Below, in pieces: positions 35,365 through 49,000 of a stretch of 64,000 nt of DNA (position 1 is the first letter of the stretch; every line of letters begins with the position of its first letter). The stretch is from Squalus acanthias (taxonomy: Eukaryota): NCBI GenBank assembly GCA_030390025.1, contig CM059432.1, forward strand, positions 66,776,001-66,840,000. Reading direction: 5' to 3'. The notes beneath the pieces are model-generated. The model did not search any database, was not told the origin of the DNA, and was given only the letters and a program-made list of their open reading frames with translations. The position numbers and the translations under genes were made by a program.

Positions 35365-36244
35365 GGGGGAGAAATTCGGTATCGCCCCATTTGGGGCACA
35401 ATTATCGGCCGGGCACAAAGTTTAGCGCCTAGCGCTAATTATCGCCTCCGACTGCAAACTTAGCTTCTATCGCCCCTGGAGGTGATTGGAGCGCTAAATC
35501 AGGTGCTACACACATCTCTTAAGGCGCTAACGCCGAGGAGCGAGGTGCTACCTCAGAGCGCTGGCGAAGCTCATGTGATGTCAGTCAGCAATGGAACATA
35601 GACAAACTGGCGCCGGCCAGTTCTTAAAGAGAAGGGTCGATCTTGCTCTCCATCCACACCCGGCTCATTGCAGCCTTGAATCTCGGCTTGGAGAGACCGG
35701 TACATCAAATCTGCCGGAAAGAACAATGGAGAGACCCAGGGAAAGAGCTCAGAGTGCAGCCCCCAAAGTCTCTTCTAAATCGATGCAAGGAAGGTCAAAT
35801 CAAACTGAACCTGAAAAGTGCTGCTCAGTACCCAAAACTCCTTCACACAGCGTTGAATCTCTCCAGAAGTCTCTCTCTCTTTCTCTCAGAATGCGTGGTG
35901 CAAAAATGTCGCTGACAAAAAAAGGCAGGAAGCTGTCGCCTTTAAACAGCGCACCCCCAGTCCCTTCCCGACTGCAAAACGCTCCCCTCAACCTGTCGTT
36001 GCTAGCGGCAGGTGGTAAAGCAGGGGGCGCCACTCAATATCCGGTCCGGGGCGCTACTGGGGCGTTGCACGCTCGACTGACGTCACGATCTGCGGGCGCC
36101 GGAGATCGTAGCGGTAGTGTTTAGCGCCACCGCAACATGTCTGGTCAATTTCACGAGCGGCGCAAACATCGCCATGTCCGGGCGCTAGTTGCTTTGCGCC
36201 CCATTAGCGCCCTCTTAGGCGCAAAGCAACTGAATTTTTCCCCC
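35365..36244 (-). mobile_element. Harbinger MITE family A copy 2 (inverted)
   Basis: Revcomp homologue of 9472-10378, TSD ATA. The empty site is visible in the CR1 copy at ~12620. Confidence 0.93.
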
Positions 36245-36646
36245 ATAAGATTCTGAGGGGGATTGACAGGATAGATGCTGAGAGATTGTTTCCCCTGGCT
36301 GGAGAGTCTAGAACTAGGGGGCATCGTCTCAGGATAAGGGATCGGCCATTTAAGACTGAGACGAGGAAGAATTTCTTCACTCAGAGGGTTGTGAACCTTT
36401 GAAATTCTCTACCCCCAAAGTGCTGTGGATGCTCAGTCATTGAGTATAGATAGATAGATTTTTGGACTCTAGGGGGATCAAAGGATATGGAGATTTGGCT
36501 GGAAAGTAGAGTTGAGGTCGAAGATCAGTCATGATCTTATTGAATGGCGGAGCATGCACGAGGGGCCATATGGCCTACTCCTGTTCCTAATTCTTATGTT
36601 CTTATAATTTTTTTGCCATTTAGCAAAATTACATCAGAATTGCAAT

Positions 36647-38758
36647 GGCCCTGCTATTAACTCAAAGGCACGTTGGGAGTGGGGGCTCCGATATCCTGTG
36701 GGAAATCCAGAAGTAAGTTTAGTGCGTCTGTCAGTGGCATTTTAATGCAGCCAACTCATTATCATTTTATTTCTGGGTTTGGCATCGATTGCGCGGCAGC
36801 GGGCGTGATGAGGACCTGCATGACGCCATCTCCACTCCAGTATTTAAAGGGCCAATTGAAGATGGAATTTGGAGTTGGAACCAAAAGAAGACAAGGTGTG
36901 AAAATGGATTCAGGATGCTCAAAGGCTGTGTACCGCTTCAATGATGCCTCTCTTGATTACTGCTGGGGGCTGTGAGGAGCTAGGGAGAGATACTCTTCCC
37001 CAGCAATGGGAGGAAGAAACCTACTGCTGCCCCAAAGAAGATGTGGCTGGAGGTGGCCCAGGAGATCAGCAGCAGGAGCATTGTGCCATGCTCCTGGATT
37101 CAGTGCAGGAAGCACTTTAATGACCTAACCAGGTCAGGAAAGGTGAGTACAGTTGTACATTCACCTATATCCTGCTGTGCACATCACCCCACCCTCTCAC
37201 TCTGCCTTGTCAAGTATATTTCATTACATCTCTCCTCTTATTCTGCAAGCGCACCCATCCTTCTCTTTCTATGCACCTTCTTACATCCCCATCTATCCAT
37301 CCACCACAGATACTCACCATTGGTGACACAATTGAATATCAGTGACCCACATGTCATACAACACTCAGTCATGTTGACTTGAGTTCAACAGCGAGTGAAA
37401 TATGATCATCTTCATAATGATAAGTTGCAACATACTTACCTTGCCAGTACTAATTCATATCTTTTCTCTCCACGTGCAGCTGGAGTCCATGGACCTCATG
37501 GATGACAAATCCTCAGAGGAGCTGATTCCTTCTGAGGGTGCACCATCACAGGACTCATGCTTAACATGCACTAGCTCAGATACTCGCTCTTCGGTAGGAC
37601 CAGTTAGATAGATAGTTGGGCTTTAACCTGGTGACACACACTTCACAAGTGGGCAAGAGCAGACAGTGGTGGCAGTGAGAGCTGTGGAGAGTCCGCTCTC
37701 TCTCCAAGCTCTGCTCAGCTGGAAAAAGATGCTGTACCACGGGGGGCTGTCGATGAAAAGGAGAATCATTGAGGAGCAGCAGAGAATGTGCGATGTAGTG
37801 ACAGGACTTCCAAACACACTGACCATAATTGCAGAGAGAATGGAGGAGTCCACCTCAAGCAAGAGTGAGATGATGTTATTGCGACGATGTCTTTTTACAT
37901 GGATAGAGTGGCCAACTCCGTGGAACATCAAACGCAGCAACCAAATAAGTCTATGACCGCCTTGACCACGGCCGTGCACACTCTGGATGCCAACATGTCT
38001 GCCGCCTTGAACCGGATGACAGATACCTTAGCCATGGCCTTACAGTGCCGCACTGATCTAAAAGTGCTCTCCAGCAGAGTGGTAGGGGTGAAGTGTGGCT
38101 GTCCTGTCAGAGGGTTGGTGGCAAAAGGGTACATGGCAGTGGGGACTCCACTCAAAGCACTTCCGCTTCTCACCCCTCTGCTGCTTCCCTCTCTGCTGTC
38201 CAGCTAGCGGTCTCTCAAGAACATGCTGCTGCTGCTAATGCTCCTGCTGGTGCTGATCATACTGTTCTTCATCTGAGGCCCAATCTAAGGCAGCCAAGGC
38301 GCCACCCATCCTGATGCGATTCAGAAAACCTCCAAAGTGTAGAACATAAACTCTCAGCAAAAGTACTGTAAAAAAAAAACTTTCCGACTAGTAGGTAAGA
38401 AAGCAGCTGTGAGTGTTGAGTATTTATTGCAGTATTTCCATGCGTTCAAATCAGCCCTCAATTGCCATTGTGTTCTCGCCTTGCTTTCAATAGCAAGTTT
38501 CAGTAAGCCTGGGAAAGTCATTGATGCGACTTTAAACTTAAAAGTGTGTTGAAATATCGCTCCAATTGAGCAATTACCATAAGTTAATAGGCAACCTGCC
38601 TCTCCTGAAGGGGTTGCAGACAACCAGCCTAACGCGCCCGAGTTAAATGCGGAAGTCAGCGGGTTGGAGCCAGCTTCCGGACGCGCTCACATTTTTGTCA
38701 GATTTAACCCCCCATCCGCACCCAAACACACGCGCTCCTCCAGGTTAAAATACCCCCC
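36647..38758. mobile_element. Harbinger deletion derivative with Myb remnants on plus
   Basis: Flanked by AAT/AAT. Exon 36904-37142 (RFNDASL...WLEVAQEISSRS...WIQCRKHFNDLTRSGK|GTGAGT) and an exon-3 remnant at ~37480-38180. TIRs match poorly. Confidence 0.7.
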
Positions 38759-39918
38759 AATGTTTCCAGGATTCTGATATGGGGAAAACGGACCACAGAG
38801 CTTGGGCACATGAGCAATTCAAACGAAAAGCTAACTCTGGAGAGATGAGAGCGGTTAATGCCTACTCCTGTCTGTGCAGCCCCTTTAGAGCTGTGTCATA
38901 GTAGCCTATCAGAATATCCCAAAGTGTTGTGTGCTCTTCGTCCCAGGTTCCCTGCTCTGTCCTATTGTCTGCCTGGTACTCTTCTGCTCTTCTGCTCAAT
39001 ATTTCCTGGAATCCTGAGATGCAGAATGAAATCTGGACTAAACCAGGTGTGAGTACTTTGTAGGTCACCTCTGGAGCATCAATTTAATCTAATTCAAAGT
39101 TAGCTCTGAGGATGACTAGGTTTAAATCTTTCATCTGCCAATAGGAGTTTCTATTAAAAATAATTCTTTAAAAGCACAATCTAAACTTTATTTAGCTTAT
39201 GCACCCGATAGTCATTTTATATCATTTTCTAAAATTAAAAAAAGATATAAAATTGTTGAACAATAAAAAAAATTCGGGAGCAGTCAGGTATTATTTATTT
39301 TAGACATGTAGATGCCAATTGTTATGTATAACAACTCATTTTGTAACTATAACCCTGATTTTAACCTAACCAGCCCAGACAAGAGTCGGCAACGTCAAGC
39401 GAATAAAGGGGGTCATTGCCAATATTTTATGAATACTTTTGAGCTGGTTGCACTGGCATGCGCCTCCCCCCCCCACCCACCCCCCCAACCACCCCACCAT
39501 CCCGAGCAACTTGTTAACACTGCACCTTCCTCCCCTCGTCTCTTATAAAGGAGGCCTAATTCCAAAATTGGTGCCATTTTCAGCTGAGCACCCGAACTTC
39601 CTCCCCTTCCTGAGTGGTTATCCAATGCTGCATCTTCCTCCCCAACCTCCCTCTAGTGCAGTGTTGTCCGTCAGCCACAGTTGTGGTTACAGAAACACCG
39701 TTTTAACCACATGCACTAATTTTAGTAGCAAACACCTTAAACACACTCACACAATATAGGTAACCTTGATGCAGTGTACTTCACCTGTGTGTATTTGGTT
39801 AACAAACATCTACCACCATTCAGTAACCAAGGAAGTAAAGCACTCACAGTGATGAAAAAACACTCTCAACACTCTGCGTATTGTCTTACCAATTTACCGA
39901 CAATGTATAAAAAGGTTA

Positions 39919-40685
39919 GGGCTGGATTTTGTCTTGGGGTCAGGTTGGGGTCGTGTAATCCGCATTTCGTGTTTCCCCCCGACTCCAGATTAATGTGGAT
40001 GAATGATGCAATTTTCACTTAATTGGGCAATTGAGTTCCAGCATGTGGGAACCCATGAACTAATTAGTGGTTTCAGTCTGAAAGTCGCCTCTGATGATGT
40101 CATCATTGCTGACTGCCCAGTCTCAGAGACTGTTGGTGAGAGAGGACCTGCCTGGCTTGCTTTTGATGTGAGTGGACCTAGATGCAAAATATGGGGGGGA
40201 GAGAGAGAGAGAGAGAGAGAGAATGAATTTGTTTTGCTTCCAAGTCCTCTCACAGCAAAGGCCAGGCAGTTTCTGAACACATTCAATGCAGCAGCGGCGA
40301 CTTTCACACCTAATACTACTACTACTACCTTCATCACATCTCCGTTGTAATAGTGGACCTGCAGCTGATAGTCAGCTGTCCACTTGTGCTCCCGCCAGGT
40401 TTCACTGGAGTGTTTCAGACCAGGCGTACTTCACGTCAGAAAAGGGTTAAACTAGCTAAAACGTTTCAAAATGGCATTACAGAGCCAATTTAGAGCTTGT
40501 TAAGGGCTTTAATGGCCTCTCCCGCCTCTTGGAGGCGGGACGGAGTTGGGAACCCCGTGACTGATTTTGTCAAAATTGCGTGGAGGCGGGATGGAGTCGG
40601 GATGGGGTCGGAAACCCCGACCCTGCAAATTTAACCCCCCACACGCCTCCAAACCCGACTCCATGGGTCATTCAAAATCCAGCCC
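39919..40685. mobile_element. Harbinger-type MITE
   Basis: Perfect 13-bp TIR GGGCTGGATTTTG. Flanks TTA/TAA. Confidence 0.82.
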
Positions 40686-43121
40686 TAAAGTTCACATGCA
40701 TATGCCACGTGAACAAGTATTGAGATGACATGCAAAATGATAGTGTCCATTACTCAATTTTTATTTATTAATCAGAAATAATATAAGTCATATCTGGATT
40801 TCCAATTCGCCACATGTGGCTAGTGGCTTTCCTTTTGGAGAACACTGTTTGAGCGGGCATCCAAAATGCAGCCATAGTAACATTGGCGCCTTTTAGAATT
40901 ATTCAAATTAGCTGACCCTGCCCTAACCATGAATACTCCAGCGGGGTCACCAGTGCATCGGGATACCCAGTCCTCTGTGCTCACACAGCAGGGTCGAGGG
41001 ATTTCAGCTCCTAAAGCTAAGATCATTTTATGCATATATACTTACATGGCAAATATTTATTGTTGTGTACACAATGGGCTCACAGCTAATCTTGTCAGCA
41101 ACCTTGCACATCTTTTGTAGTCTGTAACAGAAAACACAGAATGGTATTTAGTAACTAAATATTTAGAAAACGATTACTTCTGTGAACAATTGTATTCAAA
41201 ATGTGGTGGAATTCATGAAGATTTTTAATAAAATGCTAAAGTTCAGTGTAAAACCAAATATATACCAAGAATAATATTTCTGTAACACCTGGTCCAGATG
41301 TTTGGAACTGAAGGAGGTGAAATTTCTCCTGTTCTGTAATTTTACCAAAATAAGGCGTCATGAGTATAAAACAGGGATTTCCATGAAAAAAAAGACTTTA
41401 ATTTATGTAGCGCCTTTCACGGCCTCAGAACACTCCAAAGCACTTTACAGCTAATGATGTACATTTGAACTGTTGTAACATTAAATTAGCAAAGGCACTT
41501 CCCCAAACAAGTTAATGTATCAGTAACAACTATACCACAGTGGGGGAACTGCAACTCCCACCAGTTTTCAGCGCAAAATGTGCAGTGCACACAAAGGTGT
41601 CAGCCTGAGGCCCAGTCACAAAATGGGCCTCGGGCTTCATTTGTATGAAACTGGAGAACTGCGGACACTAATCGGGTGTCCCAATACCACTCGCCTGTTG
41701 GGGCCTGACTAATTCCAGCCAGCTCTGATACCAAAATTGGTAGGTCCTGGGAGGGTGAGGCAAAGCAGAGGGAAGCTGGCAGCAGCCCACAGTATTTTTG
41801 TGGAGCCAGGGCGAGCACTCCTACTCCTCCTGGCTTCACAGAAATGAAAGTATTAAAAATTTTCCTTACTTTTTGGAGTGAACTCACATCCCTTTAAGGA
41901 CTGCTGGTTAGGCCACTGAAAATCCGGAACTACAGGACGGAGCATGTATGACCTAAGCTTTGCCCATTTGCTGACCAATTGCTGAGGCATTGGGAAAGAA
42001 TGAGTTGGAGTGGGAGACTATGCAATAAATCATGACTTCAACACTGAGGTGTAGTGCATAAGAAGAGCATGCAAGGTGCCACAGTTGGCAAAAACAACAG
42101 GAAAATTTAAAGGAGCTGTACCATAGTTGTACTGATAAAAGGTAAGAGAGGAATTATCTATCAGATAATAAGCCTTTTCTTGTATTCTGTTCAGAACTCA
42201 GGACTGCAGAAGACTGCATTGATCAGGACTGAATTTGTCCTCTCTGTTACTGGTCTAATGAACATTTTGGCATGGTGTTGTGTGAAGATGTAATGCTGCT
42301 GTTACTCCACAGGTACTGCTTTGTCAACTGGTACTTGGTCTGAGAGCCATGTGAGCAGACAGCAGTGAGTTACACTGACCTGCTTGCGTCAATCTATTCT
42401 GGGGAAAGCAGACTTAAGTTCATAGAATATTTGCTTGTATGATGCTTCCACCAATATTAGAGTTGTAGAATTATACAGCACAGAAGGAGACCATTCGGCC
42501 CATCCTGACTGTGCCAGTTCTTTGAAAGAGCTATCCAATTAGTCCCATTCCCCGGCTCTTTCCCCATAGCCCTTGTTGCATGTGCAGAAGACTGCTGGTT
42601 GACTTCTGAATGCCGCTGAAATTTCCAATGTTCGAAATCAGTCAGTTCTTAAGATTAGAAACAAAGGTGATCCAGCAGAACACCTGAGCTCCTTCGAAAC
42701 AATTTAGTTTAAAAGTTTCACTTCATACTGTAATTATACTGGAACCATGTGAAGCTGGAGTGGTGTGTGATCATATCCTTAAGGTGTTCTCATGCATTGT
42801 ACAACATGTTTCACAAACGGCAATTCATCTACAGGTACACTACAAAGGAGAAACTAATTGCAGTGTACAACTACATTATAAAGCATTCAACGCTCTGCCT
42901 CCTACATATACATTCTATCTATACCAGCATATAAGAGGGGTAGGTTAGAGTCATGAAATGCAAAACAATTTATATTGGTTATGATGCAGCACTTAATATC
43001 TTCTTACTTGATATTATATATTCAGCTTTGATTTATGATAATGTTATTAATTCCTGGTGATTCACTGCCTTTTGGAGCTCTTTCAGACTATTGCAGAATA
43101 AGGTCAGTGAATGTATGTTAC

Positions 43122-45069
43122 AAGCATGGGTAAGGAAACCTCCTGCTGATTACTACCTACTGCCCTCCCTCAGCTGATAAATCAGTACTCCTCCATGTTG
43201 AACACCACTTGGAAGAAGCACTGAGAGTAGCAAGGGCTCAGAATGTACTCTGGGTGGGAGACTTCAATGGCCATCACCAAAAGTGGCTCGGTAGCACCAC
43301 TACTGACCGAGCTGGCCGAGTCCTGAAGGACATAACTGCCAGACTGGGCCTGCGACAGGTGGTGAGAGAACCAACACGAGGGAAAAACCTATTTGACCTC
43401 GTCCTCACCAATCTGCCTGTCACAGATGCATCTGTCCATGACAGCTTTGGTAGCAGTGACCACCGCACAGTCATTGTGGAGACAAAGTCCCGTCTTCACA
43501 CTGTGGCACTAACACCATGCTAAATGGGATAGATTCAGAACACAGAACAGATCTAGCAGCTCAAAACTGGGCATCCATTGTGGGCCAGCAGCAGCAGCAG
43601 AATTGTATTCCACCACAATCTGTAACCTCATGGCCTGGCATATCCCTCACTCTACCATTACCATCAAGCCAGGGGACCAACCCTGGTTCAATAAGGAATG
43701 TAGAAGAGCAGCATGCCAGGAGCAGCACCAGGCGTACCTAAAAATGCAGTGCCAACCTGGGGAAGCTGCAATCCAGAACTACATGCATGCTAAAAAGCGG
43801 AAGCAGCATGCTATAGACAGAGCTAAGCGATCCCACAATCAACGGATCAGATCAAAGCTCTGCAGTCCTGCCACATCCAGTCGTGAATGGTGGTGGACCA
43901 TTAAGCAACTAATGGGAGGGGAAGGCTCCATGAATATCCCCATCCTCAATGATGGTGGAGCCCAGCATGTGAGTGCAAAAGACAAAGCTGAAGCGTTTGC
44001 AACCATCTTCAGCCAGAACTGCCGAGTGGATGATCCATATCAGCCTATTCCTGAGGTCCCCACCATCACAGAAGCCAGTTTTCAGCCAATTCAATTCACT
44101 CGACGTGATAAAGAAACAGCAGAGCGCACTAGATACAGCAAAGGTTATAGGCTCCGACAACATCCTGGCTATCGTGCTGAAGGCTTGTGCTCCAGAACAA
44201 GCCGCGCCTCTAGCCAAGCTTTACATTTCTGCATGCAACAAGACCTGGACGACGTTCAGGCTTGGGCTGATAAGTGGCAGGTAACATTTGCACCACACAA
44301 GTGCCAGGCAGTGACTATCTCCAACAAGCGAGAGACGAACCACCGCCCCTTGACATTCAACGGCATTACCATCGCCGAATCCCTCACCATCAATATCCTG
44401 GGGGTCACCACTGACCAGAAACTTAACTGGACCAGCCACATAAATACTGTGGCAACAAGAGCAGGTCAGAGGCTAGGTATTCTGCAGCGAGTGTCTCACC
44501 TCCTGACTCCCCAAAGCCTTTCCACCATCTACAAGGTACAAGTAAGGAGTGTGATGGAATACTCTCCACTTGCCTGGATGAGTGCAGCTCCAACAACACT
44601 CAAGAAGCTCGACACCATCCAGGACAAAGCAGCCCGCTTGATTGGCACCCCATCTACCACCTTAAACATTCACTCCCTCCACCACCGGCGTACTGTGGCT
44701 GCAGTGTGTACCATCTCCAAGATGCACCGCAGCAACTCGCCAAGGCTTCTTCGGCAGCACCTCCCAAACCCGCGACCTCTTCCACCTAGAAGGACTAGGG
44801 CAGCAGGCGCATGGGAACACCACCACCTCCAAGTTCCCCTCCAAGTCACACACCATCCTGACTTAGAAGTATATCACCAATCCTTCATCGTCGCTGGGTC
44901 AAAATCCTGGAACTCCCTACCTAACAGCACTGTGGGAGTACCTTCACCACACGCACTGCAGCGGTTTAAGAAGGCGGCTCACCACCACCTTCTCAAGGGA
45001 AATTAGGGATGGGCAATAAATGCTGGCCTAGCCAGCGATGCCCACATCCCATAAACGAATAAAAAAAAA
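43122..45069 (+). mobile_element. CR1 LINE family B with the RT core deleted near 44225
   Basis: APE motifs VGDFN and SDHR, C-terminal QQDLDDVQAWADKWQVTF...WNSLP, A-rich tail. The 467-aa ORF is a deletion/frameshift fusion lacking the RT catalytic region. Confidence 0.9.
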
Positions 45070-46095
45070 TTCCTTTAAAAGCACTTCACACTGAATCAAG
45101 ACAGACCAAATGCTTTTCCTCCATCTGGAGGTCATCTCCTTTTAACATGCTTCAGCTATAAAGATGAATATCTCGACCAAATTTGTGCTATTAATATGGG
45201 AAATGCAGTCTACCCTTAAGAGGTGGCGTCTAATGGCTGGAGTCAGATACAACCAGAAAGTGGATAAAAAATAGGTTCTAAAACCATGTGACTCCAAAAA
45301 CAAATTGTTTGCCCTCTGCCAAAAGCCCACCAATAACTAAAAATAGAACAATGGAAAGAAATAATGCCAAAACTGATATTTACATTCCAGTTAAACAGAA
45401 ACTAGAGGACATACAAGAAATACTTCACGAATGCCAAAAAATAAAACTGAAGGCAATTTGTCAAAGATGCAGAGATGTTGAAGGCTCCTGCTGTGCCCCA
45501 AAATTCACACGCTTCCGATATGGAAGCAAGCATCTATATTTCACCCAGAAGACTACCGTTTGATTCAAATGCAATATTATGCCAAACAGATCTGCTTTTA
45601 GCAACCATGCCTTTTAATATTTTATTTGTTGTTACAAGTTGGTGTAATATTCCAGCCTAATATATCTGTATGCCTTCAGTTTTTACCTCTCCTCTCTACA
45701 AGAAATTATAATGGACAGGTTGTACAAGTTATCATTCTGGGAAATTCAAAAGACCAGCTTTTAGACCATCCATGTGCAGTAAAATGGTGTTTATTCAGAA
45801 CAATTATTCAACAAAGTTGATATTCGTATCTACCAACTGTCCATCCTGGTGGATGATCCTTTTTTTGCTCGTACATAAATCCTACCCAGACAAACTTTTT
45901 GCAATTAAATTAGTCAGTCATATATATTTAGTCCTTTGCCATTAGTATCTTGTATTTTGCAGACACAGAGCATCCTACATCCTTTCTTGGATAATAATCA
46001 AGAAGATCCCCACGTCAGGTGGCATAAGTCAGATGAGAGCTCCAATCAAAGGGAAGAATCTAGTGTCGAAGACTACAGCACAAAGTAAATATATT

Positions 46096-49000
46096 GGCTG
46101 TGAAATTGGAGCATTTAGCGCCAGTCATTAAGGCTGGTTTGGAAGTAAAAATGGTGGCCGCCTCACTTCTGCCCACTTCCGGCATGGAAGGCGGCCGCCG
46201 CCATTTTGGACAGGCCGGCAGCGCTGCCATTGCCTGCGATCACTTCACATATTCAAATTATCCAGATCGTGACGTCAATCGGCGTGCAACGCTGCATTGA
46301 CGCACAATCTGGGATTTTCGATCTCGCTGCTCTTAATAACACCCTCTCCAAACCAGGCACAGAAGAACATGTGTGCAGCAGTACAACGGAGCTGCTGCCA
46401 GCACTTCTTAAAGGGATACACACAACTTTCAGGTAAGTTTAGATTTTTGCTTTTGAACTGGTTTCTTTGGGGGAAAAATTCAGTTGGTTGCGCCTCCCGT
46501 TAGCGCCTTAAGTGAGCGCTAATGGGGCGCAAAGCATCTAGCGCCCGGGCGCGGCGATGTTTGCGCCGCTCGCAAAATTAAGTAGACATTTTGCGGCAGC
46601 GCTAAACACTGCCGCCACGATCTCCTGCGCCGGCAGATCATGACGTCAGTCGAGTGCGCAATGCCCCGGTATCGCCCCGGAGCGGATATTGAGTGGCGCC
46701 CCCTGCGTTACCGCCTGCCACTAGCAACGACAGGTTGAGGGGAGCGTTTTGCAGTCAGGAAGGGACTGGGGGAGCGCTATTTAAAGGCGACCGCTTCCTG
46801 CCTTTTATTGTTGGTGACATTTTAGAACCACGCATTCTGAGAGAGAGAGAGAGAGCGAGAGGGAGAGACTTCTGGAGAGATTCAACGCTGTGTGAAGGAA
46901 TTTTGGGTACTGAGCAGCACTTTGCAGGTTCATTTTGATTTGCCCTTCCTTGTATCGATTTAGAAGAGACTGTGGGGGCTGCACTCTGAGCTCTTTCCCT
47001 GGTACTCTCCATTGTTTTTTCCAGCAGATTTGATGTGAAGGTCTCTCCAGGCCGAGATTCAAGGCTGCAATGAGCAGGATGTGGATGGAAAGCAATATCA
47101 ACCCTCCCCTTTAAGAACTGGCCCGCGCCATTGTGTGTGTGTTCCATTGCTGACTGACATCACATGAGCTTCGCCAGCGCTCTGAGGTAGCGCCTCGCTC
47201 CTCGGCCTTTGCGCCTTAAGACAGGTGTGAAGCGCCTGATTTAGCGCTCCAATCACCTCCAGGGGCGATAAAAGTCAAGTTTGCAGTCGGTGGCGATAAT
47301 TAGCGCCAGGCGCTAATCTTTGCGCCCGGCCGATAATTGCACCCCAAATGGGGCGACACTGAATTTCTCCCCCTTTAAGTTTTATTGGAGTAGTGGCTTG
47401 GTACAATACATTTAAAAAGTTGTTAAAGTGTGCAGTGAGTGCAGTGAGTGCTGCTGGATGTTTACAAGGCTTTGGCTCTTAAAGGAAGGCCTCTGAGAAC
47501 ACCACTTGCTCCCAGTCCTGGGGGCTCTAGTTGCAGCCCCTCTTAGACTGCAGCATGACAGGGAGATGAAGCAGAGGCAGCATAGGGAAAAAGCTGCTCG
47601 CAGATGGAGGAGGAGGAGGAAGAGGAAGAAGCAGAAGATGAGGAAGCAGAAGGGGAAAAAGCAGAAGAGAAGGAAGCAGAAGAGGAGGAAGCAGAAGGAA
47701 GGAAGCAACCCAAACAGCCACTTTCTGGCCGGGATATCCGGGAATGAATCATCCGCCTGCAGTACCAGTGAACACAACCCCAATTCCCCTTTCAACATTT
47801 GTCCCACACCTTACCTTCCCTCTGTTACTGACCATCACAGCATCCTCTTGGCCATAATGCTGAAATAAAAACCACCACAAAGCAAACTTTCCAATCCAAC
47901 TTTATCCATATATGCATCCAATATTACATCAAAAAATTAACTAGTCACCCTTGTGCATTCCCTTAGTGAGTGTCTTTCATGTGCCTTTGCCTATCCTACT
48001 GATGTTACGCAGTGCTACCCCAATGGCTGCAGTATGGCTGGTGGAAGGCTGCAGACATTCAGTGGGGGTCACTGCAGGTGGCCTTGCAGGACGACCTCGA
48101 GGAGCTGATGGCTGGGAGTGTGAAATCGAGTAATGGTGCTTCATCTTCTTCTTCAGTCTCCTCTCCCTCTTCTTGGTCAACCACTGGCTGGGCAGCCTGG
48201 AGTTCTTGGGTGTCTGAAATGAGGAAGGCACGAGGGTAGGGTTGTGGTGAGGGGAGTCAGGTAAAGCAAGAGGTGCATGCTTACACCATGTGCAGCTTGT
48301 ACATCAGAAGACATTGTGGGATGAGGGGGAAGTGGGATGTGAGAAGGAGGATAACGTATGAAGATATCGGCATCTTGTATTCTTTCAGCCCTGCCACTGG
48401 CCTGGCCAAGGGCTCAGCCATGCCCCTGCCAAGAATGGCCAGCACCATCTCTTCCAAGGGGGTGAGGTAAAGCTAGGAATGTGAGGTGTGCCTCAGGTTT
48501 GGTACAGATTGTTGATAGGTGATTGATAGGGGGGATCGTGCATTGAGTAGTGTGTGAGGCTAGTGGTGGAGTTGGTAGGAGACAGCTTTTAAAGATGCAT
48601 TCACTAATCTTGACCACTTGTCTGACGTCATGAAACTTCTTTGGGCACTGGAGCCAGGGCCTGGGGGCAAAACTGTTGGCAGTGACCACCTCGGCGATCT
48701 GGTCCCACATCCTTCTTTCTGGAGGACCTCCTGGCCCCCTGTGGGTAGAGCGCCTCTCTTCCAGTGTTGACCCCCTGCACAAAGCTCGAGTGATGCATCC
48801 GAGACCCTAGGTAACCTTTCCGCAGGCGAATGATTCCATCCTGGATATCCCAGCCAGAAAGGGACTGTTTGGGTTGCATCCTTCCTTCTGCGTCTGCCTC
48901 TTCTGCATCTTCCTCTTCTGCGTCTTCCTCTTTCCTCTGTGAGCGGATGCTGTAAATCTGAAATAAAAGCATAAAATGCTGGAAATACTCAGTAGGTCAA

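Larger units (their letters stand above)
32570..36605 (+). mobile_element. CR1 LINE (same family as 8470-12995), internally deleted, with two MITE insertions
   Basis: Colinear with ~8975-12995, deletion near 34780, same 3' tail. Confidence 0.92.

Noticed and set aside
35591..36124. ORF starting MEH, shared by three MITE copies (also 9790-10152 and 46755-47147 on minus)
   Set aside because: No recognisable domain. Length and frame vary with a (GA)n tract, and the sharing is explained by copy similarity.
43603..45006. 467-aa ORF as a functional gene
   Set aside because: CR1 ORF2 with the RT core deleted and out-of-frame stretches.
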